Source of the DNA: Raja brachyura
Lineage: Eukaryota
Direction of reading: 5' to 3'
Assembly (NCBI GenBank): GCA_963514005.1
Contig: OY740807.1
Location: forward strand, 29,636,001-29,700,000
Length of the DNA: 64,000 nucleotides
Shown here: piece by piece, positions 21,338 to 34,379 of the stretch
Numbering within the stretch: the stretch's first letter is position 1
Layout of the letters: every line of letters starts with the position of its first letter
Translations under genes and position numbers: made by a program
The notes under the pieces: model-generated
The model's input: only the letters and a program-made list of their open reading frames with translations
Databases searched by the model: none
What the model was told of the DNA's origin: nothing

Positions 21338-21721
21338 GAAAAATTATGACTATCTGATGTTTCTGGATCAGGAAATAAATACTGTCTAGAATATAGAGGA
21401 AGCTCCCTCTTTCAAATTTTGTCATAGGGTATCATCATCAATGCTGAAAGTGACCATTGCCTTTAATGTGTCAGCTCAACCTTTGGTCAACTGAGGAACA
21501 AGATGTTTTAAGGTGAAGACCTCAAACCTGTCTCAAAACGCAAGGTCTACCATGCATTAGCATCAGTGATCCTAGGCCCTTCTGAAATTTGGATAACTTG
21601 CAGCAGGCACATCAATACACTGGATGGATACCACCAAAATCCATTTAATCCATTGACAGGATAAGTGTATCAACATTGATGTCACCACCCCCATTACAAC
21701 ATCACCGGCATTGAGATGTCC

Positions 21722-21975
21722 AGGTGTGGCACAGCGGTAGAGTTGCTGCCATACAGTGCCAGAGACCCGGATTCGGTTTTCTCCAGGTGCTCAGGTTTTC
21801 TCCCACACTCCAAATACGTGCAACTTTGTAGGTTAATTGGTTTAGGTAAGAATTATAAATTGTTCCTAGTGTGTGGGATAGTGTTCGTATACAGGGTGAT
21901 CGCTGGTCGGCGCGGACTCGGTAGGCCGAAGGGCCCATTTCCCTGCTGTATCTCTTAACTAAACTAAACCAAACC
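21722..21975 (+). mobile_element. tRNA-derived SINE (V-SINE/HE1-like)
   Basis: Has a tRNA-like head with an A box (gtggcacagcgg) and a B-box-like ggattcg. The central core is ctccaggtgctcaggttttctcccacactccaaa...gtaggttaattgg. It ends in a CR1-like tail and taaac repeats. Confidence 0.8.
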
Positions 21976-22578
21976 TTAATTACACTCAGTTGGCTCCATT
22001 AGGAAGGGCACATCATTTACATGACCAACTCCTGGCTCTGGAAACAGGCTTCCCGGTGCAAGCTTTGTTATGGGAAGAGATACCAGGCAGAGTAGAAGAT
22101 TTGAGAAATTCTTAAAATGCAGGAAAATGCACCATCCCCACTCGTTCCTGGAAATCCCTCGTCAATGACGGCACAAAGAGGAGAAGGAGTATTGCAGTCC
22201 ATTCATCAGAAGGCCATGTTGTGTAAATGGTGGAAGGAATGCACTACTTCACAGACCCACACCTTCCAAGCACACCTTTCACGTTCTGCCGTTCCCACGT
22301 TGGTTTCAACAGTCATCAAAGAATCGTAGAGCTGGAGTGAAAGCAAGCCCTCAATGATCCTGAGGGACCGCTTAAGAATATACTTCTGGATGAGTACAAA
22401 TCTTCCTAAATGCAACATCTTGGACATTCCTCAGCATTTTCTCAGTAATGCACCAAAATCCTGGCCAGAATTGTGTGCGTAAAGCCAGGGGTGATGCCAG
22501 ACTGGAGTGTTTCTAAGATAGTCTGAACCTTATTTTTTCCAGGGTGAAAAGGTCAAAGACTGGAAGGCACAACTTTTT

Positions 22579-23327
22579 GGGCCTGTCCCACTTAGGCGAT
22601 CTTTCAGCGGACTGCCGGCGACTGTCAAGTTGCCAGCAGTCGCCTGAAAAACTGGCAACTGGAACGGCGACTGTCAGAGTGGAATATACACACAAACACA
22701 TCGCTTCTTTCACCAGCCCATGTGAATTTTTTAGACAGAGCTCCCCTGCTTGCCCTGTCTAAAAAATTCACACGGTGCAATGCCAAAGTGATACAGACAC
22801 ACACGGCGATGAATAGGAAGGTTGGCGCTGTAATTAAGATGGCTAAAGCACAGTGTACGGTAAGTCCTTTAAAAGAGGGGGGGGGGAGAGGGGGGGGAAG
22901 GAGTGGAGACAACTTTTAAGAAGCAAGAGATACATGGCTGTGAAGCTCGGCGGACATTAACATTACCGGTCGGTTATCCTTGGTTCTGAAAATTACTGCT
23001 TACTCTTTTTCCCCCAATGAGCCAATGAAATTCACCGGTCTGCACCGGATACAACCTACGTGAACCTCCGAGAACCTTCGACCTCCTGGCGACCCACCTA
23101 CGGCACGAGAGTTCTCGCTACTCTCCATGGCGGCTTCATTCTAGTCGCCGCTAATTTTTCAACATGTTGAAAAATTTGCGGCGACGTTAATGAGGCCGCA
23201 ACTAGTTTCCAGAATGCGGGAACTCCTCGCGACCATGAAGGCGACTCCTCGGCAACTACCCGCGAACATGTGGCGACTACATAGTCTCCTGCAGTCGCCT
23301 AAAAAGTCACCTAAGTGGGACAGGCCC
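22579..23327. mobile_element. MITE (family B, Harbinger-like TIR)
   Basis: TIRs gggcctgtcccacttaggcga and tcacctaagtgggacaggccc. A second, oppositely oriented copy lies at 44272-46016. Confidence 0.8.
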
Positions 23328-23744
23328 ATCAAGGTGTGAGGGGCAAAGTTTAAGGGAGATGTGTGCAGCAAGTGTTTTACACTGGGTAGTGAGTGTGTGC
23401 CTGGAACAAGTTGCCACGGGTGGTGGTGGTGGAGGCAGATATGAATGGGGAATTTAAGACGCTTTTAGGTACGCACATACGGAGGGATATAGATCATGGG
23501 CAAGAGGATGAGTCTATCTTGGCAACATTCTATCTGATCAGCACAGACATTGTAGGCTGAAGGATCCATTTCTGTGCCATACTGTTCTGTGTTCTATGTA
23601 TGTTCCAAATACAAGTTGACATTGGGTGAAAGATTTCCTTGAGGATTTTTGTGTTAACAGGAAAAAAGCAAGTAAATGTACACGCCAAAGACAATGATGA
23701 AATGAGTGGTCCCATTGTCATGGCATCTTTTAAAATGTGCCTGT

Positions 23745-24082
23745 TGTAGAGGCACCAAACACCGTGAATAAACAGTTTCTTTATTCCAGCATTATAGGTT
23801 AGATATACATGCACGTTTAGTCCTCTAACACAAAAGTCATTGTTGCTGCTGTGAGGCTGTTGCCTTGTGGGCTCGAGCTGAGCTCCTGCTGAGGTGGCAG
23901 GACACTCACGCAAAGAGAGAAGAAGAGGAAGAAGGAGGGAGAAGGTTGACCTGGGGTTCGTTATATATACTAGGACACACCCCTATACACCGTGACAACT
24001 CCTCCCCGCCATTGCTCTGTTACGTGACCCCGACTGACCAGGCTTTGCATAGCAAGTGGTCTAACCACCGGGTGCCATCACA
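23745..24082 (-). mobile_element. Solo LTR (Gypsy-like, 4-bp TSD)
   Basis: TG...CA termini with an imperfect inverted repeat (tgtagaggcacc and ggtgccatcaca). CTGT is duplicated at 23741-23744 and 24083-24086. A minus-strand TATA (23961-23969) lies upstream of a minus-strand AATAAA (23780-23785). Confidence 0.75.
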
Positions 24083-24322
24083 CTGTGGCCATATTTATTG
24101 CAAGGTTCTGGCCAATGTTACAGCTCCTAATAATGTTGGAGTATTGCTTTTTTTTTTCTGTCAACCTTCAGAAGCAGGCAAGTATTTTGAATATTGGCAG
24201 ATGGTAGATGATTCTTCAGATGGACAGTGATATTGTCGATATTCATCCAAAAATATAGACCTGTAGATTTCTTTCAGTTTCTGCCTGCAAAAGCAAAATA
24301 ATAGAGGTAGAACTATTAGCAA

Positions 24323-27030
24323 TGTATATGTGGGGGGGGATCTGCATGTTGTACTGAATCATAGGCTTGATACGACAAGTAAAAAGAAGAATAAGAACCA
24401 GTTAACTAAACTACTAAACGCCACCTGTGAAGAATTAGGTTTTCTTGATGTCTGGAGGAATTTTCACCCTCTAGAAAGAGACTATACACATTACTCAATA
24501 CCGCACTCAGTTTAATCCAGAATAGACTATTTCTTAATGCAGAAAGAAGACTGTTATAGGGTAACGGGTTGCAGAATTGGTGTGACAGATGTATCAGACC
24601 GTAATGCCATATACTTACTGTCAAATGGACAGTAGAAGGAAAAACACAGTGTGGCGATTAAATGTTGGAATACTGAATGATAAAACATCTGTTAATGATA
24701 TTAAATTGGAAATCAAAACTTATCTAGAGGAGAATGACAATGGGGAGGTGGACCCATCCATACTATGGGACTCTTTGAAGGCTGTAATACGAAGTAGGTT
24801 AATAGCTAGGGCATTACATATTAAAAAGGCCGTAATGAAAACATTTAATAAGTTGATAACAGACCCGAAGGATTTAGAACAGAAGTACAAAAATAATAAG
24901 AACCAGAGAACTTATAAGCAAATAGAAGATTTGAGGGGACTAATGGATGGAATATTGGGTCAAGAGGTGGAGAAAAAAGCAAGATTTGTAAAACAGGCAC
25001 ATTATGAGCTTGGCCCTAAATCCACTAAAATACTTGCCCGAAGGCTACGCAAACAACAGGCTGACAACACCATACACAAAATTAAGGACCCCTGTACACA
25101 GAATTTGAAGAGTGATCCAAAAGAAATAGAATATATCTTCCAAGAATATTATAAAGAATTATATACACAAACCTCTACAGTAGATGGGGAATCAATGAGG
25201 ACTTTTTTAAGTACAATAGATCTGCCCTGTATTGGAGAGACACAAAATAAAATGATTACAGCAGAAATATCACTGGAGGAGGTAGAGAAGACAATTGGTA
25301 GGATGAAATCAAACAAGGCCCCAGGCAGTGACGGTTTCCCTATAGAATGGTATAAAATATTTCGGAATGAGCTGAACCCACTCCTTCTGAGAACCTTTAA
25401 CTGGATTATCAAAGAAGGCAAGACACCCCCGTCATGGAAAGAAGCAATTATAACATTAATCCCCAAAGAGAACAAAGACAAGGAAAATTGTACCAACTAC
25501 AGACCGATATCAACTCTAAATGTGGACTATAAATTATATTCTTCATTTATCTCCAAACGATTTGAAAAGTTAATCCAAGATTTAATTGATGAAGACCAGA
25601 CTGGTTTTATAATAGGCAGACAAACACAGGACAGCATTAGAAGAACCCTACATATAATACACACGATTCAAAAGGAAAATACGCGTGCTGTCCTGATAAG
25701 TCTAGACGCGGAAAAGGCTTTTGATAGGGTTAAGTGGGAATTCTTATATCAAACACTAGAAAGATTTGGCTTTACCGAAGATTCAATTCAAGTTATTAAA
25801 GCAATTTACCAGCAACCTACTGCAAGAGTAAAGGTGAATGGGTCCTTAACTGAGAGATTTGTGTTAGGAAGAGGAACGAGACAGGGATGTTGTCTTAGCC
25901 TTACCCTGTTTGCTATATATATTGAACCATTGGCTCAAGCGATTCGTCAGGATAGGGAACTGAGGGGAGTAACTATAAGAGACAGAGAACATAAAATTGG
26001 CCTTTTTGCAGATGATGTAATGGTGTATCTCACGGAAGTAAACACCTCATTTGCAAGGATAATGGGGATCATAGAGAAATTTAATTTTTATGCAGGATAT
26101 AAAGTGAATATTCCAAAAACTCAAATCCTATTCAATTGTCCTCCAGAAGAAATCAAACAAAATTATAATATTAAGTGGGATTCAAAATCAATCAAATACC
26201 TAGGCGTACATATAACAAAAAATATATCAATGTTGTATGGGGCCAATTATAATCACATCAACCAAAACATAAGAAAGGATTACAATCTCAGAAGAAGAAT
26301 GGCATCATATGTGTGTAACACTACAGACATCCACTAATTCACAAAATTGGAGAGAATTTAACTGGAAAATTTTGATTTGTTTCTTTATTACACCTAACAT
26401 AAAAAAACAAGCAAATTCTAAGGCAGCAAACATGCTGGAGGCAATGGGGTCAAACAGACGCAAATCATGCACATATCTTCTGGAGTTGCCCAAAAATAGA
26501 ACCATTTTGGGACAGAGTGAATTCAGAATTAACGGAGGTATTAGGATATATAGTCTCCAAGAAGTGTTCCATTTTATACCTGGGTAATATAAATACAGTG
26601 GTGCTGAAGGAAGATCATTACTTGGTTAAAATCCTACCACAGATGGCAGAAAGGCCATTACAAGAAACTGGCTTGCAGCGGACACACCCCGACTTAGACA
26701 ATGGTTAGACATAGTACAGGACATATTTGTCATGAAGAAAATGACATATTCTCTAAGAGTGAAAGAAGACGAGTTTAACAGAAAATGGCAGAAATGGATT
26801 AGGTATAGAAATAAAGACATCAACACTGTATAATTGTACTGACAATAATGTAAGTTATTGGAAAATGTTTTAATATGAAAATAGTTCTGTATCCTGCATC
26901 ATTAATTGTAAACTGAACCCTTCCACCTACACTGTTGTACGTTTCACTATATTGTTGTATTTTTCTTTGTTATATTTGTGTTTTATTTGTGTATACATAA
27001 AAGCAATAAAAATTAAAGTGGAAAAAAAGA
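24323..27030 (+). mobile_element. L1/Tx1-clade LINE, 5'-truncated within the endonuclease
   Basis: APE C-terminal motifs (GGDL, SRIDYF) and RT motifs KAPGSDG, YRPIS, DAEKAFD, GTRQGC, FADD and KYLG (ORF 24589-26337). AATAAA and an A tail follow. A 12-bp TSD aactattagcaa lies at 24311-24322 and 27031-27042. Confidence 0.92.
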
Positions 27031-28074
27031 AACTATTAGCAAAACATTGACGGCAGTAACTCAACTAAACAACAGTAGCTGCAAGTAGCTGGACCATGTG
27101 CAGTCCTTAAAGGTAACCAATGCATGTGCAAACATTACACAAGGGAACCAACGTTGCGCCATTAATTGAAGCTACAAATGGCTAAATGGCCTTCATGCAT
27201 CATGCAAGATAAAACTTTGGACAGAGGATTCCTTTTGTTGAATGCTATGCTTTTGATGATCACTAACACAGCTTCTTGACAAGAGTGCGTCACAGTGATA
27301 ATTACAGTTACCAATAATGGCACAGACAGGCTAGTGTTCCGTGTTGCTCAAACCTCCCTGATAAGTGCTTATCCCAGAACATTGCTAATGACCCCTGTTA
27401 CCTTTGGGGATAAATAGATTTCCTCTTTGTGTCATTGGCTCTGGTTTACGTTGTCATTGCAAACTATATTCAATATTTGTATGCAATATTTCTTCTACTG
27501 AGAGCTATGTTATAGGGAATCATTCAGTTAGTGAAGCACCGTGTTGGGCTTCTGGCCAATCTATGTGAACAGCTGCAGTATAGAATGCATGTGGCTGGAT
27601 CTGCTCTAATTACCAGGGTTGTAGTTTGCTGTTTATAGTGAATCGTTGAGTTTGTTTTGTTGAAGTGTGGAGGCTGACACAATTGTAGGACTGTTGGTTG
27701 CTCAACTGTGAATTCTGGTAATTTAGCTTTCAGCCCCCTGCAGTGTGTCTTCGTGCTGCTGGTTGGATCCAGCAGCCAAATCTGCCTTATTGCATTTCCT
27801 GTCACCTCAGTAGCTGCTGAATTTGATGCAAGGTTTCCTTTCAGTAGCTATTCTTGGCTGCTGGATTTTGGCAGTATTCTTCAAGCTGTCGGCCTTGGAG
27901 TGTATGTTAATTCAAGACCGTTACTGAGGGATCTCCTCTCTGTTAGAGCATGGACTGAGCACACCATGGAAATGTTCAAACCAGGACAAATCTACAGGTT
28001 TTGACAGTAAGGCCAGTATTGGATGGATATTGATGTTAATGGTCTTTTGCACAACATGAATATTGATTTCTCTC

Positions 28075-29240
28075 ACTTTAGGTAGCCCCATCATTCCCTC
28101 CCTCTCTCTCTATCCCTCCCCTACCCAAGTTACACTACCTTCTCATTTTCACCTTACAAACAGCTTACAATGGTCTGTTTTCTTTATCATCTTTACTTTT
28201 TTGTATATCTTTCATTCATCGTCCTTTAACTCTCCACATCATCGTCTATACCTCTTGTTTCCCATACCTCTAACCAGTCGGAAGAATGAATGAATGAATG
28301 AAAAAGTTTATTGGCCAAGTATTCACGTACAAGGAATTTGCCTTGGTGCTCTGCCCGCAAGTGACAACATGACATACAGTAACAGTTAGGAATGATACGT
28401 AAATCATTAAACATTAATAATAAAACATTATTGATTAAACATGTGAATTAAGTAAAATACCAGAGCAAAAGGAGGCTACAGAATTTTGGTTATTGAGTAG
28501 AGCTACTACTCGTAGAAAAAAGCTGTCTGGCTGTGGCAGCTTTGACAGTCCGAAGTCGCCTTCCAGAGGGAAGTGATTCAAAGAGTTTGTAGCCAGGGTG
28601 AGAGGGGTCAGAGATGATCTTACCCGCTCGCTTCCTGGCCCTTGCAGTGTACAGTTCGTCAATGGAGGGAAGGTTACAGCCAATAACCTTCTCAGCTGAT
28701 TGGACGATTCGCTGCAGCCTCCGGATGTTGTGTTTGGTGCATGAGCCAAACCAGACCTTGATGGAGAAGGTGAGGACAGACTCTACGAAGGCCGTATATA
28801 ATTGGACCATCATTGCCTGTGGCAGATTGTGCTTCCTCAGCTGCCGCAGGAAGTACATCCTCTGTTGGGCCTTTTTGACTGTGGAGTCGATGGTAGCCCC
28901 CCAATTAAGGTCCTTGGAGATGATGGTTCCCAGGAACTTAAAAGACTCCACAGATGTGACTGTGGTGTTGTTGATGGTGAGTGGGGTGAGGGGAGGGGGA
29001 GTTCTCCTAAAGTCAACAATCAATTCCACTGTCTTGAGAGCATTGAGCTCCAGGTTGTTGCGATGGCACCAGGACGCCAGCTGTGTCACTTCCTGTCCGT
29101 AGGCAGATTCCTCCCCAACCTGGATCAGTCCAATCAGGGTTGTGTTGTCCGCAAGGGTCTCAACCCGAAATGTCACACATACCTTCTCTCCAGAGATGCT
29201 GCCTGTTCTGCTGAGTTATTCTAGCTTTTTGTGTCTGTCC
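28075..29240 (+). mobile_element. Penelope 3' UTR/pseudo-LTR fragment split by a Rex1-like insertion
   Basis: 28075-28286 matches the reverse complement of about 62110-62310. The sequence resumes at 29153 with aagggtctcaacccgaaatgtcac. Confidence 0.75.
28287..29152 (-). mobile_element. Rex1/Babar-type LINE 3' fragment
   Basis: The reverse ORF reads ADNTTLIG...WCHRNNLELN..KTVELIVDFR...FKFLG...KKAQQRMYFLRQL...LPSGRRLR. A (TGAA)n tail lies at 28287-28301. Confidence 0.85.
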
Positions 29241-30510
29241 TTGATAATTGCTCGTTTCTAAGCTCTCCCCCCCCCCACTTGAACCAACTACATTTTATGT
29301 TACCAAAAGCGCGTTACAGATCAACTACTGTACCTATCCCACCGCGGGTTCGATCCTCGTGTCTGCCTGTTCAAGCCCTCTAGGCCTCGCTCAGACAGAG
29401 ACACTCCAGAAGTTCACACAATCCCAAGCGTTCTTTGAGAAGATCGACGCTGAGCCTCGTGATCGCGGACTTCCCATTCTTTGCTTGCAAATTGAATCTA
29501 AGCCCCAGACACTCTGGCACCTCTCCGCAGCTTGTCCCAGCTCTGTAGAGAGCAATTCCAATTTGACCAAATCTCCCAGCAACCCTGAAACATAGCCCCA
29601 TTTTGAAGTCCTAGCTGCTCCAGTTTAACCAGGATTAACATCCTCTGACTAAGAAGGTTGCTGACCTCCTGCCCTGCTGTCATCTGTAATTTAGACATTT
29701 TAGGATGATGATGATGATTGTCAATTTGTATGATTATAGCTAGTTGACCGTCGTTGGTGGAAGATAATGAGATATTTGTGTGTGTCAACGATAGCCACAG
29801 TTACTGATCAACAGACCTGTCTGTTTTCACAATTACTCTTGCCTCCCATGCGTGCTGCTTTGGTTACCCATGGGAAATTAACTAATCTTTCATTGCACTA
29901 ATGCAATCAAAACAGTCCCATAATAAAAGATTCCCTTTTATCTGGAAGTCTCCTATTTCTCACTCATCCTCTCAGAACTAGGTCCTTTGTTATATGGTAA
30001 TGGTCGTCTATCATCTCATCACCTTCTTTAATCCCATCACTGCTATGTTGTCGGACTAACAACCCTGGCATCAAATCACTTGTGCAGTGCCATTTCCTTC
30101 AGTTTGACATTGAGAAGACAAAACGCATCATCTTTAAATCCCAAGGCTGTGACTTTAATCTCCCTCCCTGGTGACTCTATGGACGGAACGAGATGATTCT
30201 CAGGTTTTTGTTTAGCTTCGACCCTGAACTGTAATTCTTCACCCTCGGCTTAATGCTTCGTCCAAATGGCTCACTTTTCCTTCTGCAACACTTCTTACTC
30301 CATCATAGCTTTCTGCTCGGCTACCAAGACTCTCAAAGATAACATCATTTCCTCTGTTGCTGCTTCTATTTGTCAGACTCCCATTTGTCACCATCCATTT
30401 GTCCAAAAGTTGCATTTCATGGCTCGATCAATGTGCACTATTTCACTTGTTCATTACCACTATTCTTACTAAACTCTATTGGCTCACTTTTCCAACAATC
30501 ACATACTAAT

Positions 30511-30893
30511 TAGAAACATAGAAAAACATAGAAAAATAGGTGCAGGAGTAGGCCATTCGGCCCTTCAAGCCTGCACCGACATTCAATGTGATCATGGCTG
30601 ATCATCCAACTCAGTATCCCGTACCTGCCTTCTCTCCATACCCCCTGATCCCTTTAGCCACAAGTGCCACATCTAACGCCCTCTTAAATATAGCCAATGA
30701 ACTGGCCTCAACTACCTTCTGTGGCAGAGAATTCCAGAGACTCACCACTCTCTGTGTAAAGAATGTTTTCCTCATCTCCGTCCTAAAGGAATTCCCCCTT
30801 TCCTTAGACTGTGACCCCTTGTTCTGGACTCCCCCAACATCGGGAACAATCTTCCAGCATCTAGCTTGTCCAACCCCTTAAGAATTTTGTAAG
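30511..30893 (-). mobile_element. CR1 3' fragment (young subfamily)
   Basis: Nearly identical to 857-1230 and 55170-55550, with an agaaacat tail. Confidence 0.9.
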
Positions 30894-30944
30894 TTATTTC
30901 TGCATTATTATCAGTCTCACATTGCCTTTAATTACAGTTTTCTG

Positions 30945-31482
30945 AGAAGCACCATATCTGAGGAAGGATGTGCTGGCTTTGGAGAGGGTCCAGAGGAGGT
31001 TTACAAGAATGATCCCAGGAATGAGTGGGTTAACATATGAAGAGCGTTTGTCGGCATTGGGCCTGTACTCGCTGGAGTTTAGAAGAATGAGGGGCGGGGG
31101 GGCTCATTGAAATGTACAAAAATGAAAGGCTTGGATAGAGTGTATGTGGAGAGGATGTTTCCACTAGTATGTGTCTAGGACTAGAGGTCATAGTCGCAGA
31201 ATTAAAGGACTTTCTTTTAGGAAGGGGATGAGGAGGAATTTCTTTAGTCAGAGGGTGGTGAATCTGTGGAATTCTTTGCCACAGAGGCTGTGGAGGCCAA
31301 GTCACTGGATATTTTTAAGGGAGAGATAGATAGATTGTTGATTAGCACAGGTGTCAGGGGGAAAAGGCAGGAGAATGGGGTTAGGAGGGAGAGATAGGTC
31401 AGCCATGATTGAATGGCAGAGTAGAATTGATGGGCCGAATGGTCTAATTCTGCTCCTATCACATGACCTGATGACCTTATGA
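30945..31482 (+). mobile_element. CR1 3' fragment
   Basis: Reads gcaccatatctgaggaaggatgtgctggc...ctgtactcgctggagtttagaag...gagggtggtgaatctgtgg and ends in an atgacct-repeat tail. Confidence 0.85.
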
Positions 31483-31937
31483 CTGGTAAAGGCAGCAAAA
31501 CTCCCTGATTAGTTTGATCGTGTTCTTTGTATTAAATGCCTCCCACCTTTCAATCTTCCTATCCAGAAAAGCAATCTTTTCTTTGTTTTAAGACACATCG
31601 GAGCACGGTGTAATTCATGGTGAATGTCACCAGCGATGCAAGAATTTATTACCCAACCATAATTGCCTTTGGAAGTCTCTCTGCAGCACACAGAGGCAGG
31701 GTGATTCAGAAGGTTGATGCAGCGATGATATTAGATCCAGGCCTTGGCGGATCATGTTCATTCTCTGCAGTGTTTTTACAAATGTGCATGTAAGAAGTTG
31801 TGATTTATTTCCAAAGCAACTAACTTACATATATGTTGAATCTTCAAGCTCTTGCCATCAAACTCTTGTTCCAGTCGCTGTGACTGTTAGACCGTTACAA
31901 AGTATGTACCTCATGTGATTCTTAGTGCAATAGGACT

Positions 31938-32580
31938 AAGTCAAGTCAAAAAGTCAAAAGAGTTTATTGTGTCCCTGACAGGACAATGAAATTCTTTCTT
32001 TGCTGAGCACAACAGAACATAGTAGGCATTGACTACAGAACAGATCAGTGTGTCCATATACCATTATATACGTAAATATACACATGAATAAATAAACTGA
32101 TAAAGTGCAAATAACAGATAAAGGGGTATTAATGTTCAGAGTTTTGTCCGAGCCAAGTTTAATAGCCTGATGGCTGTGAGGAAGTAGCTATTCCTGAACC
32201 TGGTCGTTGCAGTCCTCAGGCTCCTGTACCGTCTACCTGAAGGTAGCAGGGAGATGAGTGTGTGGCCAGGATGGTGTGGGTCCTTGATGATGCTGCCAGC
32301 CTTTTTGAGGCAGTGACTGCGATAAATCCCCTCGATGGAAGGGAGGTCAGAGCCAATGATGGACTGGGCAGTGTTTACTACTTTTTGTAGACTTTTCCTC
32401 TCCAGGGCGCTCAAGTTGCCGAACCAAGCCATGATGCAACCGGTCAGCAAGCTCTCTACTGTGCACCTGTAGAAGTTAGAGAGAGTCCTCCTTGACAACC
32501 GACTCTCCGTAATCTTCTCAGGAAGTAGAGGCACTGACGAGCTTTCTTAATAATTGCATCTGTGTTCTCGGACCAGGAAA
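31938..32580 (-). mobile_element. Rex1/Babar-type LINE 3' fragment
   Basis: The reverse ORF NFYRCTVESLLTGCIMAWFG...RFRNSYFLTAIRLLN belongs to the same family as 2770-3324. Confidence 0.85.
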
Positions 32581-32611
32581 GACTAAAGTATGGCCACTCA
32601 CAGTTGTATAC

Positions 32612-32893
32612 ATTAGAGATACAGAGAGGACACAGGCCTTTCGGCCCACCGAGTCCTGAGCCGACCGGCGATCCCCGTACACCAGCACAATCCTACAGAC
32701 TAGGGACAGTTTACAATTCTTACCCAAGCCGGTTAACCTACAAACCTGTACGTCTTTGGAATGTGGAAGGAAACCAGAGCTCCCGGAGAAAACCCTCGCG
32801 GTCACAGGGATAATGTACATACTCCGTACAGATAGCACCTGGGTCTCTGTTGTTGTAAGGCAGCAACTCTACCGCTGAGCCACCGTGCTGCTC
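32612..32893 (-). mobile_element. tRNA-derived SINE (V-SINE/HE1-like)
   Basis: Reverse complement of the SINE family at 21722-21975 (gcagcaactctaccgctgagccaccgtgc). Confidence 0.8.
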
Positions 32894-34379
32894 GTAGATT
32901 TCACTACATTCCTGAAGATATTTTTGGACATTTATATTTAATGAATGAACAGCACTGGATGTTAAGTGGTACCCAACCAGAAGGCTGCTTTGGCTGATTT
33001 AGATTAACCATGTGGGCCCTTTGTTTTACCTGCATTTGTGGGATATGGACAAGCATTTATCTGCCCCCGAAGACCTGGTGGTGAGCTGAGTCTGATGAAG
33101 AACGCCACGCAGCTGATTACCAAATCAAATTAAAAAAATTAAAACCCATTTCTAACACATGCTATTACAACTTAAGCTAAACCTGACGTATTCAATCTGT
33201 TTCCACACCCACGTCATTCCGACCGTTACTGTAAATATTATTGCACAAAGAATCCTGTCTCTATATGTTGCTTGCACCTATTCTACCCAGTTTGGAGGCA
33301 GAGAAGAGCAACGTGTTTAGAATGTCATTAGAGCATCTCAAGGCTGAACCAGGTAGCCCAATCTAACCTGGGCTTAATTCATGCCTGACGCCATCCAGCC
33401 CCAACATGTCAACTCCCATCGAATTCAAGTCAAGTAGCTCATGTCTATGCAGAGGGACGGGGAAGCTAGTTGCGAATGAGACTTGTGGGCAGGATCAAAA
33501 GTTTTCATGAAGAAATGTCAGTTAATCTGCATAAATGATGGTGTTATTGTGGATAGTAAGCATTCGCATAATTGCACAAATGGGAAACTTTAGTTTAGTC
33601 ATCCAGGAAAGAGAGCTTGAAATATTACAGGTGTAATTCTTCTACATTGTCAATGTTTTTGTTTAACCATGTGGGGCCTTTTTTATGTGCATTTGTGGGA
33701 TATGGACAAGCATTTATTACCCATTAATAATTGCCCCTGAAGACCTGGTGGTGAGCTGAGTTGGATGAACGTACTCCCAAAATGTTGTTGGCTAGGGGTT
33801 CAAGGATTAAAACACAGCGCCATGAAAGACCGTCCATGTATTTCAAATCAGGATAGTGCGTGAATTGGAAGGTCATTCCATTTCACTTTGTGGTGTTCCC
33901 ATTGGCCTCTTATCTTTTTCTTCCTTGGTGGTTCCTTGGTGGTAGTGGTCATAGATTGGGGGGATGGGGGTTGCTTTTGGAGTTGCCTGCGCACATAACT
34001 ACAATACTCTTTCTGCATGGTGCACACTAGAGCTACTGTGCCCCAGTTGTGGAGGGAATGAGTGTTCGAGATAGTTGATGGGGTGCTAATTAGGACAGCA
34101 ATTCTGTCCACAATGGAGTCAAACAGAAGCAGGCTCTTCAGCTCAAACTCAAGCACCAAATTACTTAAATCTCATGTAACTTTACCCGCTAACCCATTAC
34201 CCCACCCCCCACCACGATTCTGCCATTCATCAATATACAGTGGTCAATTAATTTACCAACCCACACATATTTGGCATGCCGGAGCAAACCCTTGTGTTTG
34301 CAGAGAGATCATAAAAACTCCACATAGACAGCTTTGGAGATCGCCGAAAATGTGTGTAAGTGGGACAGGCCCTTGACAA

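Noticed and set aside
21722-21775. tRNA-like sequence
   Set aside because: It is the head of a SINE, with no complete cloverleaf.
29300-30500. Pyrimidine-rich region that may be an old L2-type LINE
   Set aside because: It is too degraded for me to identify diagnostic motifs by eye.
33090-33120. CTGATGA string resembling a hammerhead or snoRNA box
   Set aside because: There is no stem II followed by GAAA, and no convincing C/D box pair with a terminal stem.
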